Shown here: positions 29,433-39,560 of the stretch, in pieces
Position numbering within the stretch: position 1 is the stretch's first letter
Layout of the letters: each line of letters starts with the position of its first letter
Source: Candidatus Nomurabacteria bacterium
GTDB lineage: Bacteria; Patescibacteriota; Minisyncoccia; Phycocordibacterales; UBA918
Reading direction: 5' to 3'
DNA: 64,000 nucleotides
NCBI GenBank assembly: GCA_023898525.1
Contig: CP060227.1
Location: forward strand, 11,244-75,243
The notes under the pieces: model-generated
Told to the model about the DNA's origin: nothing
The model's database searches: none
Seen by the model: the letters and a program-made list of their open reading frames with translations, nothing else
Position numbers and translations under genes: made by a program

Positions 29433-30184
29433 AATCAGTAATTTCTCTTTGGAAGAATATAAGAGGAAAGACACCAAATACCGCATCAGTCAGGACTATA
29501 AAATACATGTTTCCAATGTTTTTTGGGGCAATTGTAGTTTTGTTCGCCAGCATAATTGGCTCTGATAAGTCGTACGTAAAACTAGTACCATCTCAAACAC
29601 TGGTAATGCAAGGAGAAAATTTTTCTGTGGATGTCTACGTGAATGCTCATATTCCGGTTAACGCCATTGATGTTAGAGTAGCTTTTCCAAAAGATAAGGT
29701 TCAAGTTCTAGGTATAGATAAAGGTGGTTCAGTCTTAACCATTTGGACTGAGGAACCGATAATAGAAAACAATACAGTGAAATTTAGTGGCGGTACATTT
29801 AAACGTGGTTTTCTAGGCGAGCATTTGATTGGGACTATCAATGCTAAAGCTAAATATACCGGTAAAACAGAATTTGCTGTTACAGAAGCTCAGCTTTTGG
29901 CGGGTGATGGGGCAGGAAGTGTTGTGGCCATTGATAACGAAAGTACAGAATCTAAAACCAGCTTTTACATTTATGACCAAAATGAAGATCCAACTAAAAT
30001 ATCAGCCGAAATTGGCGTCAATATAGTCGGTGACCTAGATGGTGATGGTAGTGTTAGTATTAAGGACATCAGTGTCTTCATGGCAAATTGGCGTTCGAAA
30101 AAGATGGTCTATGATTTTAATAGTGATGGCAAAATGAATTTCATTGATTTCTCAATAATTTTAGCTAGATCTTTCTTTAATTAA
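29429..30184 (+). CDS. Cohesin-like domain protein with a C-terminal dockerin (DLDGDGSVSIKD / DFNSDGKMNFID).
   Basis: An N-terminal TM is followed by a cohesin-like domain paralogous to 25933 and 26992. There are two dockerin Ca-binding repeats at the C-terminus. Confidence 0.65.
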   Translation: MKSVISLWKNIRGKTPNTASVRTIKYMFPMFFGAIVVLFASIIGSDKSYVKLVPSQTLVMQGENFSVDVYVNAHIPVNAIDVRVAFPKDKVQVLGIDKGGSVLTIWTEEPIIENNTVKFSGGTFKRGFLGEHLIGTINAKAKYTGKTEFAVTEAQLLAGDGAGSVVAIDNESTESKTSFYIYDQNEDPTKISAEIGVNIVGDLDGDGSVSIKDISVFMANWRSKKMVYDFNSDGKMNFIDFSIILARSFFN

Positions 30185-30315
30185 CAGTAGACCGCCAATA
30201 CGCTTATTTACTATGTGTTCATGTTGATAATAAGCAAATAATTACGGAATATTATTTGGTATTATTATATAAGTGATGGGTGGGCTTACTCTCTGCTACG
30301 CATGGCTGCTATCTG

Positions 30316-32328
30316 ATGAGTAAAAAAATAATTAACAATTCAGTTGTAAGAACTAAGACAAAAGCCAAGTCAATTGGGCGGCGTTTTATTCGTGCTCCGG
30401 TTATTGGCACAGACAAAACTGTAATTCAAACAGTTCCTCTATATCGCTACGTCTACTCAAGCCGATACTCATTATTGGTGGTTTTCTGGTTGCTTGTGTC
30501 ATTGTTTATGCAGGGTATTCAGCTAGCATATGCTAATGAAGATACGTTACAAATAGAAAATGAAGCTGAGGTTCAACAAGAGGAGTCGCCAGTACAAACG
30601 GCAACGGAACCAGTGACTGACTCTGTAGCTGAGGAAGAAGAGTTGGTGGAACCGAAAGAAGAAAATATAGACAGCTCAAATGATCAAGAAAATATATTAG
30701 TTGATGAACCAGAGCCTGCTATCGAAGAAGAATATACACAAAACCCAAACCCCTCAGCTCCTTTGCTACAGCAACAAACTAAACCGGATAAATCAACCGA
30801 AACCACAGAACCTACGAACCTCTTGCTTGATTCTGATGTTTTGGAGGGAGATGATACAATACTAAACCTGGTAACATCTGAGAGTGAACTTACAGCTAGC
30901 GGTACAGTTTTGGATATAAATAAGCAAACTACAACCAACGAAACACCATCTTCTTCTACCTTAGAAAGAGATACGGCTATCAGTACTGAAATTTCTTCAG
31001 CTACCACAAACACAAATTTAGAAACAAGTACACCGTCCAATAATTCTGAGCAGCCTGTAGACTCAACCGATCAAGTCAAAGACCTTGATACTTCAGGAAG
31101 TGGAAACAACGGAGATAGTAGCTCGGATAATTTAGACAAAAAAATAATCAAAGAGCTTAATAACTCAACAACAACTGAATCTGAATTTCTAGCGACGACT
31201 GGCCCGGTTCAAGAAACAAAAGAATCTGTTTCAATAGTACAAAGTGATAGCGACTATGCTTTTAACAAAAGTGAGTGCACCGAAGTGGCTGACGGGTCTT
31301 TTTACTGTCATCAGCCCAAAGCTACTATACTGGACGACGCTCTATTTTCTGCCCCCGACGCTGATGGTGACTTAGAGATTTTTGTTGTTAGAGAGGGGCA
31401 GCAAACTCAAGTTACTCATAACAAAATAGATGATGCATCACCTTATTACGATAGTAAATCAAACACTATCGTTTGGCATAGGCTTATAAATGATCGTTTT
31501 CAAATTATTTCTTACGACCTAGAGACAGGAGAAGAAGAACAAATAACCACAGGCAAGGTTAACAATATGGAACCAACTAGACAAGGTAAATATATTGTCT
31601 GGCAACGATGGATTAATAACAGTTGGAATATTGTGTTGTTCAATGGTGAGGAGGAAATACCGATCACAGCTGATGACAGTCATAACATATCCCCACATAT
31701 ACAAGGTTCCCTAATTATATGGAACAAGCACACTCCTAGTGGTGATAAAAAAATCCAAATGTACAATCTGGATAGTCAATCCTATGTAACTGTTAATGAT
31801 CCCGACGGGCTGACGGTCGATAATCCAAGGATGGTGCTGGTCTATGACTCACTTCATGCCAACGGAGACATCATTACAAAAGGGTTTGATATAATGACAG
31901 GCGAATTCATTGATCTAGATACTCTACCGAGAAAAGTACCGGAAATCCCCGATAGCGAATCAACTCCAGAGACTAGAGCCTTAATACAGGCCAAGCCAGA
32001 GATTGAACATATAAGTAAGGATAAAGCTGGATCAGTTCCTCTTGATCAAGATCCTGACCAGATTGAGAATCTAGAACAGTCTACATCAACAACCGTACCA
32101 ACTCTGGATCTAAGTACCGGAACATCAACAAATAACATTTCCACAACTTCTGATGGTACCATTGAGGATATTAAAGATTTGGAAATTAGTTCTCTAGTGA
32201 CCGATGAGGAGCTAGCTAAGGAAGAAAGAGTAGAGGCTATCCCTGACTTGGAAATCCCACCATTTGAAACTGAAGATACTCAATCAATCAGCCAGGGCAT
32301 AGCTACATCGACTGAACTTGTGCAATAA
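30316..32328 (+). CDS. Membrane-anchored acidic Ser/Thr/Glu-rich protein with C-terminal beta-propeller-like (TolB/PD40-like) repeats.
   Basis: A TM segment (LLVVFWLLVSLFM) is followed by a low-complexity acidic region and then repeated 'I.W.R.....W.I' blade-like units. Confidence 0.5.
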   Translation: MSKKIINNSVVRTKTKAKSIGRRFIRAPVIGTDKTVIQTVPLYRYVYSSRYSLLVVFWLLVSLFMQGIQLAYANEDTLQIENEAEVQQEESPVQTATEPVTDSVAEEEELVEPKEENIDSSNDQENILVDEPEPAIEEEYTQNPNPSAPLLQQQTKPDKSTETTEPTNLLLDSDVLEGDDTILNLVTSESELTASGTVLDINKQTTTNETPSSSTLERDTAISTEISSATTNTNLETSTPSNNSEQPVDSTDQVKDLDTSGSGNNGDSSSDNLDKKIIKELNNSTTTESEFLATTGPVQETKESVSIVQSDSDYAFNKSECTEVADGSFYCHQPKATILDDALFSAPDADGDLEIFVVREGQQTQVTHNKIDDASPYYDSKSNTIVWHRLINDRFQIISYDLETGEEEQITTGKVNNMEPTRQGKYIVWQRWINNSWNIVLFNGEEEIPITADDSHNISPHIQGSLIIWNKHTPSGDKKIQMYNLDSQSYVTVNDPDGLTVDNPRMVLVYDSLHANGDIITKGFDIMTGEFIDLDTLPRKVPEIPDSESTPETRALIQAKPEIEHISKDKAGSVPLDQDPDQIENLEQSTSTTVPTLDLSTGTSTNNISTTSDGTIEDIKDLEISSLVTDEELAKEERVEAIPDLEIPPFETEDTQSISQGIATSTELVQ

Positions 32329-32368
32329 ACACTAAAAGTAAAACAACTTGTAGGTTACAATTAGACAA

Positions 32369-35300
32369 ATGGGTATGAAAGTCCTAGGTGTGTTAAATGC
32401 GTCAAGAAAATCTACAACTACTATCTTGGTGGGTGTCATTTGCTTACAATTACTTGGCGTAACCTTGATACAATCTCTTTTATACCCGCTTGTGGCCGAG
32501 GCAGCTGTAGTGGTAATTGAAGGAGCTCCCAGTAGCACTGGTGACGATCATACGGTAGCCGGCTCTGACACTGTATTTATTGACGATAATGTTGGTTACA
32601 AGTTTTATCGTTCAGGAAGTGGGACTTGTGATTACAAAAAAACCACTGATAAAGGGGCGACTTGGGGAACGGCGGTTACGGTTGATAATCAGACCGACTG
32701 CATAGGAGTAGCTGTTTGGTACGATCGCTGGACACCTGGAGACACTGGTAGCTATATTCATATTGCGACACTTGATACTTCACTGGATGAAATGTTTTAC
32801 AATCGATTAGACACGACAAACGATACGCTTTTAGTAAGTACTTCAATCAGCACAACTCCAGCATCAAGCGCGGTTTACACCGCGTCAACTAACCGTATAA
32901 ATATAAGTAAAGCAACCGACGGTAAGGTGTATATGGTAGTAGATGACGGGCAACAAACAAATCTGGTCTCGTGTACCTCGAGCTGCCAAACATCGGGTAA
33001 CTGGAGTGCTGTTGGTACGGCGCCAGAAGGAAACGCTGATAGTTGGAGTATTTTAATGCCTTTAGCTTCAGGAGACATGATGCTAATCAACCGCAGCACC
33101 AGCGATGTATTAAGATCCAGTAACTGGAACGGCTCGTTTTGGTCATCCATGAACACCATTGACGCGTCAGCTATTCGTAGTACTAGTTATGACGTTGGTA
33201 TGGCAGCTACAGTAGACATAGACTCGGGAGACATATACTTAGCGTATGCCGCAGATAATGACAACTTCAACACGGCCGACCATGACGTTCGTAGTGCAAA
33301 ATATTCAGGTGGTAGCTGGGCTCTTAAGACAGATCTGATTACTAACTACTCGGGCGCAATACTACAAGTGGCTATAAGCCGAGACCAAAATACTAATGAT
33401 ATTTATGTTGCCTATACGGCTAGGTCGGCTATAAAGACTGCTGGTTCAGCTAATTTGTATTATAAAAAATCTACTGACGGCATGACTACTTGGGGAACAC
33501 AGCAGGGTCCGGTCAATAGCACCTCCGGTGATTTTTATGGAGTTGATATGAATATCATGTCCTATGAACGTGTATACGTTACTTGGTTTGATAATATTAC
33601 TGCCGTCCGTGATATTTTTGGAGAAACAATAGCTGACCTTCAGCCGGACACGATACTTTCATCTTTAGGCACACAGAAATCTCAGATACGAGACAATGTG
33701 ACAAATACCTACATTGGTGGCTCATTTGCACTACAAACTAATACATCTAAAACAGTTAGCAATGTGGTACTTACCGAAAGCGGTACAATAGATGCCAGTG
33801 CTAACTTAGCTAATATTAAGCTATATTATGATTTAGACACGTCAACTCCTTATGACTGTAATAGCGAATCTTATAGCGGTACCGAAACCCAGTTTGGTTC
33901 AACTGTCACTGGTGGTTTTTCAGGAGCTAATGGTACGGCTTCATTTACCAATACACCAATATCAATATCAACCACTCAGAGCATATGTTTCTACGCTGTA
34001 ATGGACGTATTAAGCGGAGCCAGTGACGGTGATACTATAGAGATTAGCGTCAGTAACCCAAAAACCGATGTTATCGTTTCAGGTGGTGTATATGTCTATC
34101 CATATGAAGAGGTAGCTATTGCTAGTACCACAACAGTTGTTAGTCCGGATCTGACTCAAAATGCTTATCATTTTAGAAACGATGACGGTACAGAATCAGG
34201 TGCTACCTCAGCGACCGGGGGAACCGAAAACACACCACTGGCAGCTATGCAAGCAAACGACAATATAAGAATTCGCTTCGCTTTAGCCAACCAAGGTTCT
34301 ACCTCGTCCGTCCCAACCACATACCGTCTTGAGTACGGAGCTGCGGCGCCGACATGTGCTGACGCTAGTTGGTCTGTGGTTAATGACACTAGTGCTCTTT
34401 TTCTAATGTATGATTCATCAAACTTAACTGACGGCAACAACACAACAAACATTGCTACGAGTACTGGAGGGGTTTCAAATCTCGGCTCTAATTTTATAAC
34501 GAGTAACGGCGGTATGCGTGATACATCAGTAAACACAGGCACCTTAACTTTGGATGTTAATGACTATATAGAGTTCGAATATTCAATAATTGCGTCATCC
34601 ACTGTAGTGGAAGGTGAGACTTACTGTTTTAGAATTACCGCTAATGGTACAGCCCTTAATAGTTACACAAACTATCCGAGTGTAACTATTGCAGCTGATG
34701 TCACGGTGGATACTTTTGGTACCCAAACTACTAGCTTTGATATACCAACTACCACAGCTTATATTGGAGGTGGTTTTAGTATTAAAGAGAACACAGTGGC
34801 AAGAAATATAACCAGCATCACAGTTCATGAAGCTGGTACAGTAGCAGGTGACACCGGTATCAGTAACCTGCGTCTCTACTATGAACTTGATACCTTTGCT
34901 CCTTATGATTGTGCCAGTGAATCATATAATGGGACAGAAACTCAATTTGGTGCTACAAATGCTGGTGGTTTTTCTGACACAGGAGAGAAAGCTACCTTCA
35001 GTGGCACGATCCCTATCTCACTTATTAGTACCGCCTGTATTTATGTTGTTATGGACGTAACAGGTCAGGCAGCCAACGGCGAAACTATTAACGTGCAGAT
35101 CTCATCACCAAATTCAGATGTTGTGGTTAGCGGAGGTGGTTCAGTTGGTCCGTCAGGTCTAATTGAGATTGCTAGTACAACAACTTTACAAGGAGGTATA
35201 TTAACTCAATCTAACTACCACTTCCGTAACGATAATGGTAACGAAACGGGAGCAACATCAGCTACCGGTGGTAGTGAAAATACTGTTATAACTGATTTTG

Positions 35301-38300
35301 CTCAAAACTCGAGTATTCGTGTTCGTTTTGGTGTAACCAATACCGGTTCCGTTACATCGGTTCCAACGCGGTTTCGCTTGGAATATTCACCAAAAATAAC
35401 TACTTGCAATGTAGCAACAGTGTGGACAGATGTAGATGCGGCTGGTGACGGTTGGGAAATGGAGGACTCGATAAACTTAACCAATGGTGAAACAACAACT
35501 AATATCGCTGTTGCCAATGGTGGTGTGAGTGATGGGGTAGGGACATTTATCGGAACTAACGGTGGTGTCCGTGACACCGAATCACAGTCTGCCACTACTA
35601 CTATTACATCAAATGACTTTTTGGATTTGGAATATAGTATTAAATCAAACACTTTGACCAACTATGACACAACCTATTGCTTTAGAGTGTCCGCTGCCGG
35701 CACACCTATTTCAGCTTATACTAACTACGCAGAGATAACTACATCACCCAAGCGAGATTTCTTTATCCAAAGAGGCTCCACTCAAGTTTCTGGTGCCTCG
35801 GCCACACTTCTACCTGGAACAGATTACACTGCCCCAGCTAGCAACACCCGAGCCTTTGTTCGTATCACCAACTCCAACATAACCGGAGCCGGAAAGGATA
35901 GCGGAGGAGGTGCACAAAACGCTGACGACACCACTGCCTATATATCGTCATCAACAGATTTAGCTGCATCTGGTTTTACAATCTCTCGCCCGGCTGCTGC
36001 CGCCAATAATACGAGGGTTGATTGGGAAATAGTCGAGTTTATCGGGTCACCGGGTACAGATAATGAGATAGAAGTGCGTACGGTAGACACCGTACAACTT
36101 GGTAGTACAGCAACCACAGCTACCGGCACGTCCTTGAGTAACGTTGCCGATGACACAAAAGTGGTCGTATTCATAACCGGTTCCAGCAACGAAAATACTG
36201 CCAGTAATTTTTATGCAGGACAGGTTACAGCCGAGTGGGACACAACCACACAGTCACCGGTATTTAAACGAGGTGACAACGGCTCTAGTATCGTAGACGT
36301 AAGTTATGCAGTGGTTGAATTTGTTGGTGTCAACTGGAATATACAAAGAGTCGAACATAATTACACCGATCCCGGAACCACCGAAACGGAATCAATCACT
36401 TCAGTTAACAGTTTGGCAAGAACCTTTATCCATGTGCAAAAGCGAATGGGTGCGTCAGCTAATGTTTTAGACTTTGGTCACGAGGTCTGGATGTCCAGTA
36501 TTGGTGCCGTGTCATTTTATCTTGAGCCAGGTGCAGCCACCTCTACCGGTCAAACTTCTGTAGCTTGGATAATAGAAAACACACAAACCAGCAGTGGCGC
36601 TATGCAGGTACAACGTTCCAACGGGCTCACAACCGGTGGTACAACCCCATTTGCCCTTTCGGTAGTTCTAACTACACCAGTAAGTGCTACCAACAACTCA
36701 TCCATCACTGCTACCACAAGAGCGGCTGGTGCTAACACCACCTACCCACGACCAATTGCTGGCTTTACTATAACAAGTACCTCGACTTATCAATTATGGA
36801 GAAGTAACACCGGATCAGATATGTCGTATCGAGTAGAAATTGTTGAGTGGCCCGTGGCTTCACTTGCCTTGAGGCAGAATTACTACCGTTTCTATGATGA
36901 TAACGATGCTCTAAAACCAACTGACCCATGGCCTCCCGGAGCAAGTGATTTAGGAGAAAATACTTCAATCACGGACCTTGATGAGCCACTTGGTGTAGGT
37001 GATCAGATTCGTGTTCGTATGACAGTTCAGATATCAAATGCAAATATGCCAGCTGGTTTTCAAGATTTTCGTTTACAATACGGACTTAGATCAACCACCT
37101 GTTCGGCAATTCCGGTTAATGACTGGATCGCGGTTGGTGGAGTTGGCAGTTCAACAGTGTGGCGCGGCTATAGCGGTACCGGCACCACAGACGGGCAATC
37201 GCTATCTACTGATCCTCCAACCGCTGGTGATTTAGTTATTTCAGTTTCTGATAGAGCAGGGACATTGGAGCACGATGGAGTATCAGCTGCAAACCCATTT
37301 TTAATATCTCAAGGTGAAAACGTAGAATATGATTGGTATTTAGAACACAACGGTGCTAATGCCAAGAGTACATACTGTTTCCGTATGATACGAAACGACG
37401 GTACCACTCTGGACTCATACAGTAATTACCCGCAAATTAGAACCGTTGGTTTTTCACCAGCCATCAAAAATTGGCGTTGGTATAGTGACCAAGAAAATGA
37501 AACACCAACCTCAGCACTAGCGGCTGAGTCAGTGGCCCCGACTGGCACTCCAGATAATGATACATTAGCACTCCGAGTAAATGTTAAAGAGAAAAAAAAT
37601 ATCAATGGTGATAATATTAAGTTTAAATTGCAGTATTCAAAAGACATAACTTTTGCCTCAGTCTTCGACGTTGTATCAACCAGTAGCTGTACCGCTGCGT
37701 CAGAGTGGTGTTACCTTGAAGGAGGGGGAGTTGATAACCAAACTATAACAACTGCAGTATTGAGTGACAGCGACACCTGTCTGGTCGGTGTCGGTAACGG
37801 CTGCGGTATCCACAACACGATACCCAATTCAGCCAGTACACACAGTCACCCAGCGAGTACAACAGGGGAGTACAGTTTTACTATTACACAAAACGACGCC
37901 GGTTACGGATCTGTCTACTACTTCCGCCTCTATGACATAACAAATGATTTACCTGTGGAGCCTTTAGCGAGCAGTAGCTACCCGTCACTCGTCACTGAAA
38001 GCACAAATCTGGTATTTACTGTAGCTGGAGTTAATTCAGGTACCACAACAGCTGGTGTAACTACCAACATTTCAACTACTCCAACTAGTATTGGTTTTGG
38101 GGATTTACTCTTTGGCACTGAGCATATTGGAGCTCATAGAATTACCATTAACACAAATGGAAAGCAGGGTTACCAAGTATTAAAATACGCCAGGCAACAA
38201 CTATTAAACTCTTATGGCACCTCAATACCTTCTGTATCCGGAACTAACCCATCTCCATTAGCTTGGTCAAACGGCTGCACCGCGACTTCAACCGGATGTA

Positions 38301-38521
38301 TTGGCTATCACACTACCGACGGAACCCTCAGTAATGCATCAACACGTTTTGCTGCCGACGACACATACGCTGGATTAGATACCAATCCGGCCGAAATTAT
38401 GTACAGCTCAATTCCTATCAACGACACTCATGATATAGTGTACAGAATAAAAGTAAACGAAATGCAGGAAGCGGGAGATTACCAAACAGAAATTGTTTAT
38501 TTAGCTATACCTTCATTTTAG
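32369..38521 (+). CDS. Giant surface protein (2,050 aa) with an N-terminal BNR/sialidase-like region, two tandem ~340-aa superrepeats, 'W..D...YCFR...G..L..Y.NYP' modules shared with the 1..15803 protein, and the C-terminal 'EIVYLAIPSF' motif.
   Basis: It has a signal peptide. The BNR-like motifs are TTDKGATWG and STDGMTTWG. The tandem superrepeats lie at about 33650-34700 and 34700-35750. Confidence 0.8.
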   Translation: MGMKVLGVLNASRKSTTTILVGVICLQLLGVTLIQSLLYPLVAEAAVVVIEGAPSSTGDDHTVAGSDTVFIDDNVGYKFYRSGSGTCDYKKTTDKGATWGTAVTVDNQTDCIGVAVWYDRWTPGDTGSYIHIATLDTSLDEMFYNRLDTTNDTLLVSTSISTTPASSAVYTASTNRINISKATDGKVYMVVDDGQQTNLVSCTSSCQTSGNWSAVGTAPEGNADSWSILMPLASGDMMLINRSTSDVLRSSNWNGSFWSSMNTIDASAIRSTSYDVGMAATVDIDSGDIYLAYAADNDNFNTADHDVRSAKYSGGSWALKTDLITNYSGAILQVAISRDQNTNDIYVAYTARSAIKTAGSANLYYKKSTDGMTTWGTQQGPVNSTSGDFYGVDMNIMSYERVYVTWFDNITAVRDIFGETIADLQPDTILSSLGTQKSQIRDNVTNTYIGGSFALQTNTSKTVSNVVLTESGTIDASANLANIKLYYDLDTSTPYDCNSESYSGTETQFGSTVTGGFSGANGTASFTNTPISISTTQSICFYAVMDVLSGASDGDTIEISVSNPKTDVIVSGGVYVYPYEEVAIASTTTVVSPDLTQNAYHFRNDDGTESGATSATGGTENTPLAAMQANDNIRIRFALANQGSTSSVPTTYRLEYGAAAPTCADASWSVVNDTSALFLMYDSSNLTDGNNTTNIATSTGGVSNLGSNFITSNGGMRDTSVNTGTLTLDVNDYIEFEYSIIASSTVVEGETYCFRITANGTALNSYTNYPSVTIAADVTVDTFGTQTTSFDIPTTTAYIGGGFSIKENTVARNITSITVHEAGTVAGDTGISNLRLYYELDTFAPYDCASESYNGTETQFGATNAGGFSDTGEKATFSGTIPISLISTACIYVVMDVTGQAANGETINVQISSPNSDVVVSGGGSVGPSGLIEIASTTTLQGGILTQSNYHFRNDNGNETGATSATGGSENTVITDFAQNSSIRVRFGVTNTGSVTSVPTRFRLEYSPKITTCNVATVWTDVDAAGDGWEMEDSINLTNGETTTNIAVANGGVSDGVGTFIGTNGGVRDTESQSATTTITSNDFLDLEYSIKSNTLTNYDTTYCFRVSAAGTPISAYTNYAEITTSPKRDFFIQRGSTQVSGASATLLPGTDYTAPASNTRAFVRITNSNITGAGKDSGGGAQNADDTTAYISSSTDLAASGFTISRPAAAANNTRVDWEIVEFIGSPGTDNEIEVRTVDTVQLGSTATTATGTSLSNVADDTKVVVFITGSSNENTASNFYAGQVTAEWDTTTQSPVFKRGDNGSSIVDVSYAVVEFVGVNWNIQRVEHNYTDPGTTETESITSVNSLARTFIHVQKRMGASANVLDFGHEVWMSSIGAVSFYLEPGAATSTGQTSVAWIIENTQTSSGAMQVQRSNGLTTGGTTPFALSVVLTTPVSATNNSSITATTRAAGANTTYPRPIAGFTITSTSTYQLWRSNTGSDMSYRVEIVEWPVASLALRQNYYRFYDDNDALKPTDPWPPGASDLGENTSITDLDEPLGVGDQIRVRMTVQISNANMPAGFQDFRLQYGLRSTTCSAIPVNDWIAVGGVGSSTVWRGYSGTGTTDGQSLSTDPPTAGDLVISVSDRAGTLEHDGVSAANPFLISQGENVEYDWYLEHNGANAKSTYCFRMIRNDGTTLDSYSNYPQIRTVGFSPAIKNWRWYSDQENETPTSALAAESVAPTGTPDNDTLALRVNVKEKKNINGDNIKFKLQYSKDITFASVFDVVSTSSCTAASEWCYLEGGGVDNQTITTAVLSDSDTCLVGVGNGCGIHNTIPNSASTHSHPASTTGEYSFTITQNDAGYGSVYYFRLYDITNDLPVEPLASSSYPSLVTESTNLVFTVAGVNSGTTTAGVTTNISTTPTSIGFGDLLFGTEHIGAHRITINTNGKQGYQVLKYARQQLLNSYGTSIPSVSGTNPSPLAWSNGCTATSTGCIGYHTTDGTLSNASTRFAADDTYAGLDTNPAEIMYSSIPINDTHDIVYRIKVNEMQEAGDYQTEIVYLAIPSF

Positions 38522-38525
38522 TAAT

Positions 38526-39560
38526 ATGACTTTATCCACCTTCAACAGAGCATCACTTGGAATTTTCTGGTTAGCAGCTGTTTTCTTCTTTTTTTCTATA
38601 TCAGAAGCTTACGCAGAAGAAAATATATCAGTATCGCCACTTATTATTGATCATGTAACCGAAGCTCGTGACATCTTGAAGCAAGACATAACTATTAAAA
38701 ACAACGGTGATAGACCGGTTCGTTTATATGCAACTGTTCACGAAATAAAAGTTGGTGACGACAATGAAATACAGTCCTTCGTTCCGCCGTCTATGACTGA
38801 TCGCAAAACCTCCATAACCAGTTGGCTGGAAATCTCAAGAGCACGGATCAGTTTGCAGCCGGGTGAGGAAACTAAAATACCTCTTACTATTAGAATAAAT
38901 CCAAACGCTAAACCTGGTGACTATCACGCTTTTGTCAGTTTTCCAAGTGGTGCAAACGCGGATATCGCTGAGGCCAAAGCGATAGCTGGTGAAGCTGAAG
39001 GTTTAGTGGTAAGAGTGTCCATTGATGAAAAACAGATTGAGCTCCTCAGATTAACTTCATTTGATGCCGATACGTTTGTGCTTGATGACAGCCACAATTT
39101 CACTTTTTCCCTGGAAAACGCCGGCGACATAGATGTCGTTCCCAGTGGTGAAATAATTATTTACAACTCTAAGGGCCAAGAATTAACAGCCATACCAGTA
39201 AATGACAATAATGTAAGTATACCGCCGCAAGCTAAAACAGATTTCTCTATACCAGTACCACAACTAGATGGTTTTGGTAAAAATAAAGCATATTTGTCGT
39301 TAGAATATGGTGAAAAGAATCTCGCTACCGTCTATGACACTATTTACTACTACTCTATACCGTGGCTATTAGCAATAATAATGTTATCATTACTCATAAT
39401 ACTTCCGGTAATCATGACGCTTGTCTTTCATCGTATCGCTAGGCCAACCTATCCGGATTATGAACATATTGACGAGGGTATAGAATTGCCACTTTTTGTC
39501 CGAAAATCACATGACCACAAAATTCACGACCATGATATTGACCTTAAAAAGAAAGACTAA
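38526..39560 (+). CDS. CscA-like (DUF916/DUF3324-like) surface protein with a C-terminal TM anchor.
   Basis: It has a signal peptide. The 'ISVSPLIID....I.IKNNGD.PV.LYATV' domain, a second domain with 'KPGDYHAFVSF', and a C-terminal TM (LLAIIMLSLLIILPVIMTLVF) resemble those of 22334 and 39511. Confidence 0.55.
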   Translation: MTLSTFNRASLGIFWLAAVFFFFSISEAYAEENISVSPLIIDHVTEARDILKQDITIKNNGDRPVRLYATVHEIKVGDDNEIQSFVPPSMTDRKTSITSWLEISRARISLQPGEETKIPLTIRINPNAKPGDYHAFVSFPSGANADIAEAKAIAGEAEGLVVRVSIDEKQIELLRLTSFDADTFVLDDSHNFTFSLENAGDIDVVPSGEIIIYNSKGQELTAIPVNDNNVSIPPQAKTDFSIPVPQLDGFGKNKAYLSLEYGEKNLATVYDTIYYYSIPWLLAIIMLSLLIILPVIMTLVFHRIARPTYPDYEHIDEGIELPLFVRKSHDHKIHDHDIDLKKKD

